A DNA stretch of 64,000 nt, from the sequence record PP763253.1; one strand, 5' to 3'. Below the pieces are notes generated by a model. The model did no database searches, was not told the origin of the DNA, and was given only the letters and a program-made list of their open reading frames with translations. Positions 54,297 to 62,830 of this stretch are shown here, piece by piece (within the stretch, counting starts at the first letter, position 1; each line of letters opens with the position of its first letter). The position numbers and the translations under genes were made by a program. The DNA is from Acinetobacter phage Ab1-TPeters.

Positions 54297-54980
54297 ATGA
54301 ACCCAACCAAATTAGTTTCAAAGATTCTCTCCGTATTCCGTTTCGCTGGAATACCTATTATTGGCGATCGTTTAAACATTGCTGAGCATTCATATGAAGT
54401 TAGTTTATATGCAACTAAACTAGCTCGTCAACTTCTTAAAGATGGTCACATTGATGGAGCGAAAGCCCATCTTATTGTTGAACATGCTGTCCTACATGAC
54501 ATACCTGAAACGATGACTGGAGATATTCCTTACCCAGTTAAATCTCAATATCCACAGTTAAAAGAAATTTTAGATAAAATCGAGGAAGATATTACCTTTT
54601 CTGAGTTGTCAATCTTTCCTATTCATTATGACACTGACGTTTTATTCATTGTTAAACTATGTGATCTTTTAGCGGTATTCCGTGAAATGTCTGCTGAATT
54701 AGATTTAGGAAATTATGAATTGAATGAGGGTTATGTTAAATCTAACTGTCTAAAAATTTTAGAAACAGCTATTAATAAATATAAGCTAGACACTCCAGCT
54801 AAAGTAGCTGCAATGCAAGAGATCGCTTTTGACTTTATGTCACTTAAGAGTAAAAATGAGTTGAAAGGAATCTTAGTTTCAGCTATTCTCTGTCAGTTAG
54901 AATTTAATGGTGTAGATAAAGATGAATATCGAGAGCTTGATCAAAGATTTACAGAAGAGTGTAAAGCCTCAGTCTCTTAA
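54297..54980 (+). CDS. HD-domain phosphohydrolase (YfbR-like 5'-deoxynucleotidase-like)
   Basis: 'HSYEVSLYA..' and 'AVLHDIPETMTGDIP' give the H...HD...D metal-binding pattern. The track start is a TTG inside the upstream terminator hairpin; an ATG at about 54297 is likelier. Confidence 0.55.
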   Translation: MNPTKLVSKILSVFRFAGIPIIGDRLNIAEHSYEVSLYATKLARQLLKDGHIDGAKAHLIVEHAVLHDIPETMTGDIPYPVKSQYPQLKEILDKIEEDITFSELSIFPIHYDTDVLFIVKLCDLLAVFREMSAELDLGNYELNEGYVKSNCLKILETAINKYKLDTPAKVAAMQEIAFDFMSLKSKNELKGILVSAILCQLEFNGVDKDEYRELDQRFTEECKASVS

Positions 54981-55926
54981 TGCACGTGTATTTAATGGCC
55001 GAGCTAAAGAGTTTGATCCAGCTGAACATGAAGTACTTGGAGAATCAACTGATCATTATCACTATAACTGTCCTTTCTGTTTAGAAGAAAGAGGTAAGGA
55101 AGATGATGATGGTAAGTTCTATTGGAACTTCCAAAAATTTGTAGGTTGGTGTTTTAAGTGCAAAACTATCGGATTCCTCAAGACAGATAAACCAATTGAG
55201 CAAGTTAAGATTGATATGATGCTACAGTCATTTATATCGAATGCTTCAAGAATTGAGTATGAGCTAATGAGAGAAATCTTTAACTCATCAATTAGCTTTA
55301 ACTGTCTTGATTTTTCATCTAAGTTGTCTGAAAGAGCTTTAAACTATCTAGATGAACGTATTCCGTTTTACTCAGAAGTAGCAGAAGCTCTAGGATTTAC
55401 TGAAGTAAGTGAAACTGGGGTTTTAATTCCAACTTACATTAGAGGTCAATGTAAATCATATAACATTCGACTTTATAATCCTACAGGTAAAATGAAGTAT
55501 TACCTAGCTAAGAATGTTGAGAAGTATCCGTATTCACCAACTCGTGTATTTGATAAGGCTGGATCAGTTGGCCAAATCACATTAGTAGAGGGAGCATTTG
55601 ATGCTTTGGGAGCCTACTTCGATGGTTATTCAAACCCAATTGCATTGAATGGCTTATCTATAACTCCTATGATTGCCTTTCTACTAAAAACAATTATCCC
55701 AGAGTCAGTGGTAATTTATCTGGATGATGAAGAAAAATCTCAGAAGATTAAGCGAGATATTCGTAGAATATTTCCAACTGTGTCTAGTATAAGGGTTCGG
55801 AAAACATGGGGTCAAGATCCTGAAGAAGTATTTAAGTACAAATTAGGAAGAGCTTCTCCAGAGTATCTACTAGGTGTTTTAGAAAGAATTAATAAACTAA
55901 AGGAACTTAATAATGAATCCACGTGA
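54922..55926 (+). CDS. DnaG-type DNA primase (zinc ribbon + TOPRIM)
   Basis: 'CPFCLEERG..(22)..CFKCKT' zinc-binding domain. TOPRIM 'VEGAFDALGAY' and 'IYLDDEEKSQ'. Overlaps the HD gene by about 59 nt. Confidence 0.6.
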   Translation: MNIESLIKDLQKSVKPQSLNARVFNGRAKEFDPAEHEVLGESTDHYHYNCPFCLEERGKEDDDGKFYWNFQKFVGWCFKCKTIGFLKTDKPIEQVKIDMMLQSFISNASRIEYELMREIFNSSISFNCLDFSSKLSERALNYLDERIPFYSEVAEALGFTEVSETGVLIPTYIRGQCKSYNIRLYNPTGKMKYYLAKNVEKYPYSPTRVFDKAGSVGQITLVEGAFDALGAYFDGYSNPIALNGLSITPMIAFLLKTIIPESVVIYLDDEEKSQKIKRDIRRIFPTVSSIRVRKTWGQDPEEVFKYKLGRASPEYLLGVLERINKLKELNNEST

Positions 55927-56644
55927 GGCCATGCTGACCTCGATCTTCAACTTTCCTGAGGAGTTTCGAGTAACTTCGAACCCTCGACCTAGAAAGGGGT
56001 TGTTCATTGGTAGTATCAATAAATGTGCACGTTATCTTCTAATTGCAATGAAAGTACCTAAGCAGTTAAATGGTATTAATGTAGTTTACTTAGAAAACGT
56101 TCAGATGTCTTCTAACGCTGATTATATCGTTAGCATGGGCAATGAGATTGAGAATGTCATGAGACGACATTTGAAATATCGTAAAGTGCCAATCCATGCA
56201 GATCAAATGCAGATAACTGAACTGGACGGTAAGATCAGAGGATTCCTTGACTTCGGTGTTGAAGTTGAAGGAATTGGTATGATTATTATTGATGCCAAGG
56301 GAATGAGTGAATCTGTATTTGCTCGATTCACTGCTGCAGCAACTTTGCTGGATTTCAAAGAAGATTACTTCTATCAGGTTCTTCATTACATCAATTCAGT
56401 TAAGCTAGAATATGGCTATATTGTTGGTGTTAATAGATCAACTGGGCAAGTTGCGGTTAAGGAAGTTTCTCGAGCTAAATACCAAGACTTATATAATAAG
56501 TCAATGGAACGTAGCAAGAAAATAATTGTTACTCCTATTGAAGAGTATCATACTCTTGAAGCTGCACCAGATAATGAATGTACTCAATGTGAATTCGTAT
56601 CTGCGTGCCGCCCAGAATTTTACGCCAGTTTAGGTGTAAATTGA
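55913..56644 (+). CDS. putative PD-(D/E)xK nuclease with C-terminal Cys cluster (Cas4/RecB-nuclease-like)
   Basis: 'GIGMIIIDAKG' resembles the (D/E)xK core. C-terminal 'ECTQCEFVSACRP' is a Cx2Cx5C cluster, as in Cas4-type FeS nucleases. Confidence 0.4.
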   Translation: MNPREAMLTSIFNFPEEFRVTSNPRPRKGLFIGSINKCARYLLIAMKVPKQLNGINVVYLENVQMSSNADYIVSMGNEIENVMRRHLKYRKVPIHADQMQITELDGKIRGFLDFGVEVEGIGMIIIDAKGMSESVFARFTAAATLLDFKEDYFYQVLHYINSVKLEYGYIVGVNRSTGQVAVKEVSRAKYQDLYNKSMERSKKIIVTPIEEYHTLEAAPDNECTQCEFVSACRPEFYASLGVN

Positions 56645-56647
56645 GAT

Positions 56648-56665
56648 CAACAGCTGTTTAATTTG
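56648..56665 (+). promoter_or_regulatory. motif-2 core (CAACAGCTGTTTAATTTG)
   Basis: Upstream of the DEAH helicase. Confidence 0.45.
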
Positions 56666-56689
56666 AAAGCGTAATATTAAGGTAAAATT

Positions 56690-58375
56690 ATGATTCCTGT
56701 GAGTGAATTGCTAGACGAAGTGGTTTCTACTTATTGTCCTGACTTTGTCTTCCGTCCAAATCAACGTGAATGTGTTATTGCAATTCTAGATAACTTCATT
56801 AATAAAGGTCAGAAATTTGTTTTACTTAATTCTGACACTGGTACTGGTAAATCTTGGATTGCTTGGTTAGTTGGTATGTGTGTAAACACATTTGAACGAA
56901 TTAACTCAGCAACTGAGGAGGAAGCTAAGGAAGTAAACAGTTTGTATCTTACTAAGACAATCAGTCTTCAGCATCAGTATCACCATGACTTTAAGAATAT
57001 GAAGTTGCTTAAGTCAGCTTCAAATTACTCGTGTCATACAACTGAATCTTTGCCGATTAATCCTAAACTCAAAGTTCATGAAAGTTGTATGTTTACAAGA
57101 GACTCTGGTCAATGTTTATATTCTCGAGCTAAAAGTGACTTTAATCGTTCAGATATGAGACTTCTCAATTATGCTTATTTCCTAGCTTTCCAGCGTAATT
57201 CAATTAGTCCTATGTCAAGTACACTGCTGGTAGTGGATGAAGCACACACTCTTCCGTCTTACTTAATCGATTTTAGTTCAATTGAACTAAACTTTGATAT
57301 TCTGTCAAAACATGCTGCAATGACTAAAGATGTCAAAGATTATTTCCCTCTTGGACATTTTCACCGTAGCGATTTTCTTCAAACAGAAGACTTGAAGAAA
57401 ATTCTGGATTACTGTTTTGATGCTTCATCTGATTTAGATGAGAGAATCATGTCAGTTATGGATGAGATGGAAGGAGCTTCTGGTCATTCAGTAGCTGAGT
57501 TGATTGAAAGATCTCTTAAACCTTTAAATGCAGCTTCAAACTATTTCACTGATCTTGGTGGTAAACTTTACCTTATGCTAAACTCAACTAACCCTGATAA
57601 CTGGGTTCAAGAGAAATGTACAGTAGAGCTCCAGACTAAGACTAATGAAATCTTTGAATTTAAATCGCTTGAAGTTGATTCTACCATGCTTAACATTATT
57701 CATGAGAACTCAAAATATGTTCTTTTGATGTCAGGTACTTGTGGTCGTTTAATCAAAGACTTAAATATCGGTGAAGATAACGTAGCTGTCATGTCTAGTC
57801 CTTATGTATTCCCAATTGAGAATCGTCCATTCATCTCGATGTCTGACTTGCCTCCATTGAACTATAGCACTCGAGATACAGTTATTCCAAACTACTTGAA
57901 GCGTATTGATGAACTTCTGGACATGATGCCAGATGACTCAGGCTTAATTCACTCAGTAAGCTACACGAATGCCAACTATATAAAAGAGAATAGCCGACAT
58001 AAGAATCGAATTTACATTCCTAATAAGGAAGAACTTCGAGATATTAAGTCAGTTGTTCAGAAAGGACGAGTTCTTATCTCTCCAGCTATGATTGAAGGTA
58101 TTGACCTTAAAGGCGATGCTGCTAACTTCCAAATCTTCATTAAAGTTCCATATCCTTCACTTGGGTCTAAATGGATGAAGAAGAAAGTTAAAATGGATCA
58201 AGACTGGTACAATTTTGAAACTTTAGTCTCAATTCAACAAGGATCAGGTCGTGCTATTCGTTGTGCTGAAGACGTTGCAGTAACGTTTATGCTAGATCCA
58301 GCTTTCCGTTCACTTTACCAGAAAACCAAACAGTATATCCCTAGTTGGTTTGATAAAACTATTGTATGGAATTAA
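56690..58375 (+). CDS. SF2 DEAH-box DNA helicase (DinG/Rad3-like)
   Basis: Walker A 'DTGTGKSW' and Walker B 'LVVDEAHTLPS'. 561 aa. Preceded by motif 2. Confidence 0.55.
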   Translation: MIPVSELLDEVVSTYCPDFVFRPNQRECVIAILDNFINKGQKFVLLNSDTGTGKSWIAWLVGMCVNTFERINSATEEEAKEVNSLYLTKTISLQHQYHHDFKNMKLLKSASNYSCHTTESLPINPKLKVHESCMFTRDSGQCLYSRAKSDFNRSDMRLLNYAYFLAFQRNSISPMSSTLLVVDEAHTLPSYLIDFSSIELNFDILSKHAAMTKDVKDYFPLGHFHRSDFLQTEDLKKILDYCFDASSDLDERIMSVMDEMEGASGHSVAELIERSLKPLNAASNYFTDLGGKLYLMLNSTNPDNWVQEKCTVELQTKTNEIFEFKSLEVDSTMLNIIHENSKYVLLMSGTCGRLIKDLNIGEDNVAVMSSPYVFPIENRPFISMSDLPPLNYSTRDTVIPNYLKRIDELLDMMPDDSGLIHSVSYTNANYIKENSRHKNRIYIPNKEELRDIKSVVQKGRVLISPAMIEGIDLKGDAANFQIFIKVPYPSLGSKWMKKKVKMDQDWYNFETLVSIQQGSGRAIRCAEDVAVTFMLDPAFRSLYQKTKQYIPSWFDKTIVWN

Positions 58376-58376
58376 A

Positions 58377-58742
58377 ATGATTCATCATAACTTAACGATT
58401 CTTGAGGGAGCGATTATTAAAGTAGAGCAGTGTTTTAGTAACACTGTCTCTCTTTCTCAAGAAAACAAATCAAATCCTATCTTACGTAAGATTAACCTTA
58501 ATAGAAATGGATTTATTCTAACTCCTAAAACTACAGTGCATATTCAAGTTGGATTTGATTATGACTACTGTGCTTACCATTTAAATGATGTGAAGCCATC
58601 TAAAGCAGTTCGTGAAAGTAATTTAATTTTAAATAATTTTTACGTAGATGAAGGAAAGACGTTTGTAACTGTAACTAATATGAATTCTTCTAATTCTGTG
58701 AGACTAGAACCTGGTGAGGTTTTAGGCTCTATAATGATGTAA
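58377..58742 (+). CDS. hypothetical protein
   Basis: Track 58350. The ATG just after the helicase stop is the likelier start. Confidence 0.4.
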   Translation: MIHHNLTILEGAIIKVEQCFSNTVSLSQENKSNPILRKINLNRNGFILTPKTTVHIQVGFDYDYCAYHLNDVKPSKAVRESNLILNNFYVDEGKTFVTVTNMNSSNSVRLEPGEVLGSIMM

Positions 58743-58757
58743 AAAGCTGTTTAATAA
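58741..58757 (+). promoter_or_regulatory. motif-2 core (AAAAGCTGTTTAATAAA)
   Basis: About 22 nt upstream of the DNA polymerase start. Confidence 0.45.
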
Positions 58758-58778
58758 AAGAAGTGTAAGGAAAACGTA

Positions 58779-61700
58779 ATGACCAAATTTTTGACTGACT
58801 TGACTTTACAAGATCAGGCTGTTTTTATTCTGTTATCTCAAACCAACAACTCAAGAGCATTTGAGAATGGTTATGCTGCTGACTTCTTAAATTTTGTTAC
58901 TATTAACTCTCCTCATCGAATTGGTTATGTTGAAATTACCAATGAAAATGAAGAGCATGTTCTTAATCAAGAAGAAATTTCTAAGTTGAAAGATTTAGTT
59001 GGAAACCGTAAGGTTATTCTTTTAGGTAAGAACACAGTAAAAGCAATTGCTGGTGAGTTGATTAACAACCGAGTTCGTTATTTATCTTTGTTGGATATGT
59101 CATACTTGACTTGTGCTAACTTAGGTAAAGTAGCGATTTGTGGTCACCCAATGTCTTACAAAGACGTCTTTAAAGGAAATGTTGATGCTCAACAGAAACT
59201 TATTCTACGTGTTGATGAGTTAATTCAGCCACGTGCTAAAGAATATGAAGTTGAAATTGTAGCTCCCTCACTGGACGATCTTGAAGACATCTTAAATCTA
59301 TGTGCCAATCAACCAGCCATTGGTTACGACATTGAAGCAAACGATTTAGATATTTGGGCAGCTCACTGGGAAAAGAACTTATTTAGTCTGTCAGTGTTCG
59401 AATCAGAATCTAAACTTATGTCATTCTGGTTTAACTGGCGTGAATTTACTTCGGATCATAAGAGATTATTTGAAAATTTCTTAGATAAGAATCAGTCTAA
59501 AATTTGGACTTACAACTGTACATATGAAATCCAAGCAGCTTGGAGAGTCTTCGGTAAACGTTACTTATTTCAAGATGCTTTGATCTTAACTACTATGGAT
59601 GCTAACCGTGGTGATCTTAAGACTAACGCTCGTAAGTATTTGAAATGTGATTTCTGGGAAGATGAGCTAGCGAGTATTCGTGATGTTTATGAAGCCTTTT
59701 TCAAATTATTCTTAGATAAAGGTAAAAAGAATTCAATACATGATGAGTTCAAAGCTTTTGTTAAATCAGATCAATTCCAGAATTTAGATAATCTTCGTGA
59801 GTTTCTGATTTCTAAGGGTAGAAAACCAGAATGGATGAATGATATTAATGATTTAGCAGTTGCTTTAGGTGAAGATGAAGTAGTCAAAGGTATCTCTGAA
59901 TTTCCATATCAGTGGTCAGCAGTTCCATTCGACATTTTAGGTAAATACTGTTGTTACGATTCAGCTTACACTCTGCCAATTGCAGCTAAACTGTACGGTA
60001 AGTATGAGAAAGGATATAAACATTACATCAAACACCCTTGGTTAGCTTGTATCTTTGAAGCATGGGGATGTGGTTGGGATGAATCTAAAGCTAAGGAAGT
60101 TGAGAAAGATTATTTACGTTTGATGAATGAATCTCTAAGTGAATTGATCTTAAATCTTCAACCTAAGTTAGGTCTTCGAGCTCTAGATGTTAAACCGATT
60201 CTTCAGTGGAAATTACCACATGAGGCTACTTCATACACAGCTACAGGTAAAGAACGTAAACATAAGGTGTTGTCTGAGTACGATCGTCATGGTTGGATTA
60301 AAGGTATTTACAATCCTGGTTCAAACACGGCTGATGCTCGAGCTGTATTCTGGGATGTTTACTTAACAGAACGAGTTGAGTTAGCAACATTTGCATATAC
60401 TCTTGTCAATGATCTTCGATTCAGAGGAATCTGGGAGAAGTTACTGATTAAGATGATTGAAATGACAGAGTTCAAGTCTAAAGATGAAAGTAAGACTGAG
60501 AACGAATTCTTAACTGAATATGGTGCAGCTCAAGTTCTTGAAATGTTGTCAGTATTCTTAGAAAATCCAAATTTAACTGATCGTGAGACAGTTAAGATCT
60601 TGGCTTCTAGTTTCACTGAGACGAATAAGACCTATAAAGACAATACTGGACGTAACGCTAAAGAAGTAATGGCAGCTCAGTATGAGATTCAATGTCAATT
60701 CTTTGGTGTTGACATTGATGATGAATCTACTTGGACTCCTGAATTCAAGATTCTATTCTTACTTCAGAAATATAAGAAAGTAGCGAAAGCTCTGTCTACT
60801 TATGTTAATGGTAAGTTAGGTCGAGGATGTGTATGGTTGTCTAAAGTATTTCCAGATCGTCCTCCAGTTCGATTGAAACCTTATCATGAGGTTGAGGAAG
60901 GATATAAACTTAAACTTGATGAGAAGTTAATTGCATTCTATGACTTTAATAGTTTGTCTGCATCAACTCACCGTTGGGGATCTGGATTCCATACTATTAG
61001 CCCAGGTGTAGCTATCCGCAGTGCTTTAGTTCCGTACTACAGCAATCAGATCTGGACTCATATTGACTTTAGTCAGGCTGAGTTGGTGATGTTGGCATTC
61101 TTCAGTCAAGACCCTAACATGATTAAAGTATTCATGGAAGGTGGAGATATGCACAGATATGTAGCTAGTCTAGTGTATCAGAAGAAGCCTGAGGATGTTA
61201 CTTCAGAAGAACGTCGTGTAGCTAAGACAGTATCATTTGGTATTGTTTACGGTAAGGGTATTGAGAACTTAGCTCTAGAAATCACTGGAGGTGATGTTCC
61301 TCGTGCTCAAGCAATTTTCGATGCTTTCTTCGTGTCATTCCCTGGAATCAAGAAATGGATGGATGAGCGTAAGACTCAAGGTCGTGAAACAGGTAAGGTG
61401 ACTAATCTGTTTGGTGCATTGATTGAGGTGGAAGATGGCTTCAGTAAAGGTAACGCTATTGATCGTCACTCAGTAAACTACCCAATCCAGTCTTCATCTT
61501 CAATGGTTGCTGGTGGTTCAATGTACGACTTGTGTTCTACAGTTGACCAACAAGGAATCTTTGGAACTGGAGTTGGATTCGTGCACGATGCATTAGATCA
61601 TACAGTTGATATCGACAATCTGGTTAACTTCTTAGTTTATTCTAAGAAAGTGATGCAGGATCAAGTTTATGAAGAACTTGGTACTCCGATGAAGATTGAC

Positions 61701-61988
61701 CAAGAGATTGGTGCGACAGCTCTAGACTTATGTGAGCTGAAGAGCTTCACTGAACTTGAAAATGGTTTAGAAATCATTCTCGGAGGTGACGAAGAGGCTG
61801 TAAATAAACTGGTTGACAAGTTTAGAGTAGAGAGTGCTAAGTACGTTATTGACAACACTGAAATCATTGACAGTTCAGACTCATATACATCTTGGGAAGG
61901 ATTGTTTACTGAGAAAGGTGCATATAGTTCAGATCGTGGTCAAACGTTAAAGAAAGTTAAGACTAAAGTGACTCTTCGCTATAGTTAA
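58779..61988 (+). CDS. family A DNA polymerase (Pol I-like, with 3'-5' exonuclease domain)
   Basis: Exo I 'YDIEAN'. Motif A 'IDFSQAELVMLAFFS' (DYSQIELR). Motif B 'RRVAKTVSFGIVYGKG' (RxxxKxxxFGxxYG). Motif C 'VHDAL' (VHDE). Preceded by motif 2; a hairpin terminator follows. Confidence 0.8.
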   Translation: MTKFLTDLTLQDQAVFILLSQTNNSRAFENGYAADFLNFVTINSPHRIGYVEITNENEEHVLNQEEISKLKDLVGNRKVILLGKNTVKAIAGELINNRVRYLSLLDMSYLTCANLGKVAICGHPMSYKDVFKGNVDAQQKLILRVDELIQPRAKEYEVEIVAPSLDDLEDILNLCANQPAIGYDIEANDLDIWAAHWEKNLFSLSVFESESKLMSFWFNWREFTSDHKRLFENFLDKNQSKIWTYNCTYEIQAAWRVFGKRYLFQDALILTTMDANRGDLKTNARKYLKCDFWEDELASIRDVYEAFFKLFLDKGKKNSIHDEFKAFVKSDQFQNLDNLREFLISKGRKPEWMNDINDLAVALGEDEVVKGISEFPYQWSAVPFDILGKYCCYDSAYTLPIAAKLYGKYEKGYKHYIKHPWLACIFEAWGCGWDESKAKEVEKDYLRLMNESLSELILNLQPKLGLRALDVKPILQWKLPHEATSYTATGKERKHKVLSEYDRHGWIKGIYNPGSNTADARAVFWDVYLTERVELATFAYTLVNDLRFRGIWEKLLIKMIEMTEFKSKDESKTENEFLTEYGAAQVLEMLSVFLENPNLTDRETVKILASSFTETNKTYKDNTGRNAKEVMAAQYEIQCQFFGVDIDDESTWTPEFKILFLLQKYKKVAKALSTYVNGKLGRGCVWLSKVFPDRPPVRLKPYHEVEEGYKLKLDEKLIAFYDFNSLSASTHRWGSGFHTISPGVAIRSALVPYYSNQIWTHIDFSQAELVMLAFFSQDPNMIKVFMEGGDMHRYVASLVYQKKPEDVTSEERRVAKTVSFGIVYGKGIENLALEITGGDVPRAQAIFDAFFVSFPGIKKWMDERKTQGRETGKVTNLFGALIEVEDGFSKGNAIDRHSVNYPIQSSSSMVAGGSMYDLCSTVDQQGIFGTGVGFVHDALDHTVDIDNLVNFLVYSKKVMQDQVYEELGTPMKIDQEIGATALDLCELKSFTELENGLEIILGGDEEAVNKLVDKFRVESAKYVIDNTEIIDSSDSYTSWEGLFTEKGAYSSDRGQTLKKVKTKVTLRYS

Positions 61989-61989
61989 T

Positions 61990-62030
61990 TAAGATTGGGA
62001 TTCTTCGGAATCCCGATTTTTAGGGCAGTT
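61990..62030 (+). terminator. terminator-like hairpin (GGGATTCTTCGGAATCCC + GATTTTTAGG)
   Basis: Directly after the DNA polymerase stop. Confidence 0.6.
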
Positions 62031-62049
62031 TGAAACTCGCAAATGAGTC

Positions 62050-62066
62050 TAAAAGCTGTTTCTTAG
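62050..62066 (+). promoter_or_regulatory. motif-2 core (AAAAGCTGTTTCTTAG)
   Basis: After the polymerase terminator; merges into a motif-1-like copy. Confidence 0.35.
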
Positions 62067-62142
62067 AAAGTGTTGAAGCCTGTTCTTTTTACAGGGCTTT
62101 GGCACTTTAGGTGCAGGATAAAGTAGGGGAAACAGCTGTTTT

Positions 62143-62179
62143 CCTGTCTCTTAAAAGTTGCTAAAACCTGTTTCGTTGT
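62143..62179 (+). promoter_or_regulatory. motif-1 (CCTGTCTCTTAA-N12-CCTGTTTCGTTGT)
   Basis: Upstream of 62243. Preceded at about 62053-62095 by a second degenerate copy (GCTGTTTCTTAG..CCTGTTCTTTTTACAGG). Confidence 0.45.
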
Positions 62180-62242
62180 AGGGGTTATATTTTCTTTTAT
62201 GATCTTGCTATTGTGTTCTTAATTTTTGTTCGGGTATTTGTA

Positions 62243-62824
62243 ATGTCTTCAGAAAGGCAATCTACTTTAGCTCTATCCTTAAATGAGTTAGAGTTTATTA
62301 ATCCAGATGCATACTTAAATGCGTCTAATTCCACCTCCTTACGGGATTTCGATTATTGGCATTCGCGTGCAACTAACAACGCGAGCTATACCGAGAACCT
62401 TATTCAGGAGGAGTATCGTCGTCAGTATCCGAATTACGATCGCGTAACTCAGATGCATTCCTCGTCAACTGAGGTAACACCTGGAATGAACGGGGGTTCA
62501 GTCCAGAGTTTAATTTCAAGTGCAATACCTGAAATTGATCCTCAGAAAGAGTCAGAGTTTTTGATTCTAGTTCAATCTATCTTGAATAGGTTTGATTTCT
62601 TCGAAAATGAGCAGAAATTGAATCTTATTAAGGTATTTGGTTTTACTATCAATGCCGCTGGCTTATCGACACATCATCCAGACCTAGTTGAGCATGTCTC
62701 TCACTTTAGAGAAATTAAGTTTCCTAATATAGCTGATTTACATCGGTATGTTGGATCACGAACTAAAGCAGATGAAGCACGTAAACTTTTCAAAAACATT
62801 GCAGCAGAATATTTCTTAGGGTAA
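62243..62824 (+). CDS. hypothetical protein
   Basis: Track 62213 with a non-ATG start. An ATG at about 62243 is preceded by both motif-2-like and motif-1 elements. Confidence 0.4.
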   Translation: MSSERQSTLALSLNELEFINPDAYLNASNSTSLRDFDYWHSRATNNASYTENLIQEEYRRQYPNYDRVTQMHSSSTEVTPGMNGGSVQSLISSAIPEIDPQKESEFLILVQSILNRFDFFENEQKLNLIKVFGFTINAAGLSTHHPDLVEHVSHFREIKFPNIADLHRYVGSRTKADEARKLFKNIAAEYFLG

Positions 62825-62830
62825 TTAATA

